DNA from: an uncultured bacterium
GTDB lineage: Bacteria; Krumholzibacteriota; Krumholzibacteriia; JACNKJ01
DNA length: 64,000 bases
Direction: 5' to 3'
Assembly: GCA_963695095.1 (NCBI GenBank)
Contig: CAVOFT010000001.1
Span: forward strand, 2,272,001-2,336,000
Under the pieces are notes generated by a model that worked only from the letters and a program-made list of their open reading frames with translations, had not been told where the DNA came from and did not search any database. This document shows positions 60,601-64,000 of the stretch, piece after piece; the first letter of the stretch is position 1, and the number at the start of each line of letters is the position of its first letter. A program made the translations under genes and the position numbers.

Positions 60601-60756
60601 CGCCGCGGCGGCCTCGGGGTCGCGAGCCTGACGGGCAGCCAGCCAGACCTGGGCGGCCCGCAGGGCGTCGGCGTTGCCGACGGGCGTGGCCGTGGCGGCC
60701 AGGGCGCCGCCGGCCAGCGCCGACAGCAGGATGAGCGCGATGAAGAGACGGGACAT
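57685..60756 (-). CDS. Secreted C10 (streptopain-like) cysteine peptidase with 7 FG-GAP repeats, ASPIC/UnbV domain and FlgD-Ig (T9SS-like) C-terminal domain
   Basis: WAQG.PFN, VGCVATSAAMILKY (Cys), HSIICDGY (His), HMNYGWGG; seven AW[GA]D.D.DG..D[LV]Y repeats; SNR.G.GARV, GYLSQN..LHFGLG; PNPFNP...WDGRD..G..LASGVY...K. Confidence 0.9.
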   Translation of the reverse strand: MSRLFIALILLSALAGGALAATATPVGNADALRAAQVWLAARQARDPEAAAARIVGCQPWAQGGRLIGWQLPLAPRGHILVSAARELPPIKAFSFATDLMTADRDGYAALLRETLFIAHERLAAGAPAAGADPAADRARAAWTALLAGTAPAPREAPVGPLIASNWAQGAPFNGDCPPGDGGTCVVGCVATSAAMILKYWNYPAAGSGSHSYQWGGDDSCGENVGGGLLSADYSDAYDWANILVSYSGGYNAAQAAAAAELNYEVAVAFDMDFGVCASGSYVNLGETVYPTYFRYAPDAAYITRSQHSADAWWARICQELDAFPPRPMHYRITSHSIICDGYQEDAGARYYHMNYGWGGSQNVWYALDEVYCPWTGCDYMTEGMVVGIEPLGYFSVTAPAAGSVLTHGEPLPAVVWTGASGSAVVLDLYAGSAFLTRLADWSANDGEETPAGSVDPAWGTGNDFRIKVVGDDGHFAWSPYFGVFGAGAWTDISAAPLADAGNGQSVAWGDADGDGLPDLYLSNSGSPNRLFANQGGGVFTGAGAPPIDVNGASRGAAWADIDNDGDLDLYLARTSGQSNLLFRNDAGSFVDITAGPLGGAEYSTDVAWGDADDDGLVDLYVVNAYAPDRLLRNLGAGSFVDATVAPLGDAGWGRSAEWADADGDGDRDLYLVRQTSNIFYRNGGDGSFSEATAALGLGDAGNGYGAAWADFDNDGDLDVYVVNDGANRLYRNDGAAFVNVTTPPLDDAGTGRGAAWADFNADGWLDLYLVNSGASKLFMNQGAAGFSDATHPALGATGIGNGAAWADIEDDGDLDLYLAYADGPNRLVRNDTPGGHWLALDLVGTASNRLGLGARVTAVAGPLRVTRALGGDAGYLSQNAPTLHFGLGAESVVDTLILRWPSGLESRLHGVPADQRLAVEETSTAVDTPPVAFALLGAHPNPFNPRTEIRFSLAVPAAVELGIFDLGGRRLRRLLAGEPRSVGVQAVAWDGRDEAGRALASGVYLVQLRAGGRAAAQKLVLLR

Positions 60757-60800
60757 GGGGAGCCTCCAGGACGGGGAGCGGGGCGGCACTCGGTATTCTA

Positions 60801-60828
60801 ACTATAGCAGAGGCAGCAAAGGCGGCAA
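60801..60828 (-). promoter_or_regulatory. Putative sigma70 promoter for the C10 peptidase gene
   Basis: TTGCCG-N16-TATAGT with TG extension. Confidence 0.45.
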
Positions 60829-60910
60829 AGCGCCCAGTCGGCGCGCTGCGCGCTGGACAGCAGGGCCCGCGCAGCCTAGTCTGCGGCCGGCCCGCGACCC
60901 GGAGGCCGCC

Positions 60911-62326
60911 ATGCGCAACACGAAGATCGTCGCCACCATCGGTCCCGCCTCCGAGTCGCCGGCCGTGCTGGCGGCTCTGCTCGAGGCCGGCATGAACGTG
61001 GCCCGACTCAACTTTTCCCACGGCACCCACGATGAGCATCGCGCCAAGGTGGCCGCCCTGCGCGAAGTCTCCGCGCGCCTGGACAAACCGGTGGCGATCC
61101 TGCAGGACCTCGCAGGGCCGAAGATCCGCGTGGGCGAAATCATCGGCGGCAGCGTGCGCCTCGCTCCCGGTGGCGAGTTCCGCCTGCGCCTGGCCGGCGG
61201 CCCCGGCGACGCGAGCGGGGTCAGCGTGAACCAACCGCGCCTGATCGAGGAGGTGCGCCCCGGCGATCACCTGCTCCTGGCCGACGGCGCGCTGGAGCTG
61301 GAGGTGCTGCGGCAGGCCGGCGAGGAGCTCGTCACGCGGGTGCTGGTCGGCGGCCTGCTCGGCTCGCGCAAGGGCATCACGCTGCCGAGTCGCACCCTGA
61401 GCGTGGCCAGCTTGACGGAGAAGGATCGGGCCGACCTCGCCCTCGGCCTGGAGCTGGGCGTGGACTTCGTGGCGCTCTCCTTCGTGCGCAGCGTCGAGGA
61501 TCTCGCCGAGTGCCGCCGCGCCATGGCCGACGCCGGGGAGCCGGTGCCGCTGATCGCCAAGATCGAGAAGCACGAGGCCCTGGTCAACATGGACGCCATC
61601 ATCGCCGCCGCCGACGGCATCATGGTGGCCCGCGGCGACCTCGGCGTGGAAACGCCCTTGGCCCGCGTGCCCGCCGTGCAGAAGCAGCTCATCGCCAAGT
61701 GCAACCGGGCCGGGATTCCCGTGATCACCGCCACCCAGATGCTGGGCTCGATGGCGGCGAGCCCGCGGCCCAGCCGCGCGGAGGTCACGGACGTGGCCAA
61801 TGCCATCCTCGACGGCACCGACGGCGTCATGCTGTCCGAAGAGACCGCCACCGGCGCCTATCCCGTCGAGGCGGTGGCCACGATGGACCGCATCGCCCTG
61901 GAGACCGAGACGGTCTTCCCCTACGCGACCTGGGGCGAGCGCGTGGCCCACAGCGCTCGCCAGGGGATTCGCGAGGCGGTGGCCCAGGGCGCCTGCGCCC
62001 TGGCGGAGGCCATCGACGCGGCGGCGATCATCCCCTTCACCCGCACGGGCGGCACGGCGCAGCTGGTGGCCAAGTACCGGCCGCGCGTGCCCATCCTCGC
62101 GCCCTGTTCGCTTCCCGCCACCCGCCGGCGCCTGCTGCTCAGCTGGGGGGTATTGCCTTTGGCCAGCGAGCGGCTCGCCGACAGCGAGGCCATGCTGCGC
62201 CACGCTTGCGAAGTGGCCAAGGCGACGGGCCTGGTCGCCTCCGGCCAGCGCGTGGTGCTCACCGCCGGCCTGCCGGTGGGGAGCGAGGGTGTCACGAACA
62301 CCATCCGGGCCGCCGTGCTGGACTGA
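60911..62326 (+). CDS. pyk: Pyruvate kinase
   Basis: TKIVATIGPAS, RLNFSHG, DLAGPKIR, AKIEK, MVARGDLGVE, TATQML, DVANA, MLSEETA. Confidence 0.97.
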   Translation: MRNTKIVATIGPASESPAVLAALLEAGMNVARLNFSHGTHDEHRAKVAALREVSARLDKPVAILQDLAGPKIRVGEIIGGSVRLAPGGEFRLRLAGGPGDASGVSVNQPRLIEEVRPGDHLLLADGALELEVLRQAGEELVTRVLVGGLLGSRKGITLPSRTLSVASLTEKDRADLALGLELGVDFVALSFVRSVEDLAECRRAMADAGEPVPLIAKIEKHEALVNMDAIIAAADGIMVARGDLGVETPLARVPAVQKQLIAKCNRAGIPVITATQMLGSMAASPRPSRAEVTDVANAILDGTDGVMLSEETATGAYPVEAVATMDRIALETETVFPYATWGERVAHSARQGIREAVAQGACALAEAIDAAAIIPFTRTGGTAQLVAKYRPRVPILAPCSLPATRRRLLLSWGVLPLASERLADSEAMLRHACEVAKATGLVASGQRVVLTAGLPVGSEGVTNTIRAAVLD

Positions 62327-62355
62327 ACAACCCCCGCCCGCAATGCGGACGGGGG
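62327..62355 (-). terminator. Terminator between convergent pyk and 62400..63107
   Basis: Minus strand CCCCCGTCCGC-ATT-GCGGGCGGGGG then TTGTT. Confidence 0.6.
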
Positions 62356-62399
62356 CTGCTGAGTCCCTGCCGCGCCTGGCGCGGCGCCAAGGCAATCGG

Positions 62400-63107
62400 C
62401 TAGTAGAGGGCCTTGACCGCGCTGAAGGTGCTCGCCTCCACCGCCACCGAGCCACCGCCCATCTGGAACAGCTCCGTGCCCGTCGTGCTGCCGCTCATGC
62501 CCTGCAGGAGGCTGCCGGGGGCCCCCACGAAGTCGATGCGGTAGGTGATGTCGAAGAAGCTGTCGACCGCGAACGGCGCGCCCGCGGCGCCCTCGCGAGT
62601 CAGCGTCGTGTGGCCGGGGCTGGGCATGCCGAAGCCGGTGCCGGCCGTCACGCGCAGCAGGTCGAAATCCGGGTCGCCAAAGATCTCGCCTTGGAGCATG
62701 AACATGTCCGTGTCGAAGCTCTGGACGGCGTCGCCCGGCGTGCGCGGCCCGCTGTGTGTCTCAGCCGCGACCGGGATGGCGATCAGGCGATTGAAGCCCG
62801 CCAGGCTGCCGGTGCCGGTCAGGGCCATGTGCAAGCTGCCGTCGAAGGTCTGCAGCTGGCCGCCCAGGCCGCCCCCGGCCACCTCCGAGGCGCCGCTGAA
62901 GTCGTTCAGGGCGCCGGCCACGGTGATCGTCGACCCCACGGGCAGCCCATCGGTGATGACCATGGGACCTTCCCAGCCATCGGGGCAGGCCGGCGGCAGG
63001 TCGATCGTGCCGCCGCCGTTGTCGGGCACGGAGCAGGCGGCGCCTGCCGTGCCGGCCAGGGCGAGAATGAGCGCAGGAACAAGCAGGTGCTTGAGCAGAC
63101 GGTGCAT
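62400..63107 (-). CDS. Hypothetical secreted protein (SFDTDM / VDSFFDI motifs) with conserved C-terminal tail
   Basis: GGGAGG SD, signal peptide, ends VAVEASTFSAVKALY. Confidence 0.85.
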   Translation of the reverse strand: MHRLLKHLLVPALILALAGTAGAACSVPDNGGGTIDLPPACPDGWEGPMVITDGLPVGSTITVAGALNDFSGASEVAGGGLGGQLQTFDGSLHMALTGTGSLAGFNRLIAIPVAAETHSGPRTPGDAVQSFDTDMFMLQGEIFGDPDFDLLRVTAGTGFGMPSPGHTTLTREGAAGAPFAVDSFFDITYRIDFVGAPGSLLQGMSGSTTGTELFQMGGGSVAVEASTFSAVKALY

Positions 63108-63232
63108 GTCAACCCTCCCGTATCTAGTTATTCAGATCCGAATTCCTGCAACTTGGAGGAATTCCGAGATCCGTATTGTAGCAGATGCACGGCTGCGGAA
63201 CCAGAGGCCGGCCCAAAGGCGAGGATCCCGGC

Positions 63233-64000
63233 CTAGAGGCTGAGCTCGTGGGGCATGGCCGAGCGGTGGGCACGAAAGAAGGCATAGGGTGTCGCGTAGA
63301 GCAGGTTCGAGACCCGCGAGGTGTAGATGTCGGCGTGGCGTTCCACCTGGCGGGCGAAGTAGCTCTTGTCGTTGCCGCTGGTCATCAGCAGGCCCCACTG
63401 CCGGTTGCCCAGCTCGCCGGCCGCCTGCGCCAGCGGCGTGATCTCGGCATCCAGAGCGAGCAGGGCCTCGCGCTGCTGCTGCATGCGCTGCTCGATGGCC
63501 TTCAGCGGTTCCTCACGCGGTGGCGCCGCTCCCTCGCGCCGGTTGAGGACGCGCAGGCGCAGCAGCGAGAGCTCCCGCTCCATGGCCACCTTGCGGGCCA
63601 TCAGGGCGGTCAGCTCGCGCTGGCCCTTGGCGAAGCTGGCCTCGGCCCGGATCTCGGCTTCGAGTTCGCGCACGACCAGGGCCGTCCGCCAGCGGCGCAG
63701 GTTCTTGGAGACGTGGACGTCGCCGTAGGCATGATCGCCGACGTAGAGGACCTGATCGCCGCGCAGGCCGAACATGGCCTCGACGGCTCCGGCGTGCCCG
63801 CCGTGGAAGATGCCCCCCGCGCGGGGCGGGCCGACGACCGGCGAGAGCAGACCCGCCTCGTCCACCACCGTGAAGAAGGGCTGCTGGCCGAGGAAGAAGG
63901 CCGGCTTGCGCGCGGCCACGATGATGAGGTCGAAGAGCCCCCGCCAGTCCTGGCCGGTGGGCAGGAAGCGATCGAAGGCGTAGGCCATCATGGCGCGCGT
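63233..64000 (-). CDS. HAD-superfamily IG 5'-nucleotidase (5'-truncated by window edge)
   Basis: W..LFDLIIV.ARKP.FF, LYVGDH.YGDV, WRTALVVRELE, FARQVERHADIYTSRVSNL. Confidence 0.9.
   Translation of the reverse strand, partial: TRAMMAYAFDRFLPTGQDWRGLFDLIIVAARKPAFFLGQQPFFTVVDEAGLLSPVVGPPRAGGIFHGGHAGAVEAMFGLRGDQVLYVGDHAYGDVHVSKNLRRWRTALVVRELEAEIRAEASFAKGQRELTALMARKVAMERELSLLRLRVLNRREGAAPPREEPLKAIEQRMQQQREALLALDAEITPLAQAAGELGNRQWGLLMTSGNDKSYFARQVERHADIYTSRVSNLLYATPYAFFRAHRSAMPHELSL

Overview
Very GC-rich bacterial chromosome segment. The FlgD-type C-terminal domain, the short xxVKALY tails and the gene content suggest a diderm of the FCB neighbourhood (Krumholzibacteriota/Latescibacterota-like; this is inference). 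From about 1.3 to 49 kb almost every gene is on the minus strand, in long, often translationally coupled housekeeping runs: tadA-tRNA-Ser x2-SRP RNA-dnaX-ybaB-recR-pgpA-cinA-thpR; recA-recX-alaS followed by polysaccharide genes; udk-ubiA-ispE-spoVG-tRNA-Gln-prs-rplY-pth; rpsF-rpsR-rplI; and manB-manC through selA-smc-ftsY. A lower-GC patch at 23.8-26.9 kb holds a secreted beta-helix protein and an IS256 element lacking a canonical target-site duplication. The 46-63 kb part is rich in secreted proteases and envelope genes. The most notable signal is that three unrelated signal-peptide proteins (23843-25225, 57009-57578, 62400-63107) end in the same ungapped 15-residue tail, VAx[ED]xx[ST][WF][GS]xVK[AS]LY-COOH. 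This is a candidate C-terminal sorting/secretion signal, and it coexists with a T9SS-like FlgD-Ig C-terminal domain. Three genes (gmhA, a GT-C protein, tricorn protease) carry single +1 frameshifts that are probably sequencing errors. No CRISPR array or rRNA was seen.
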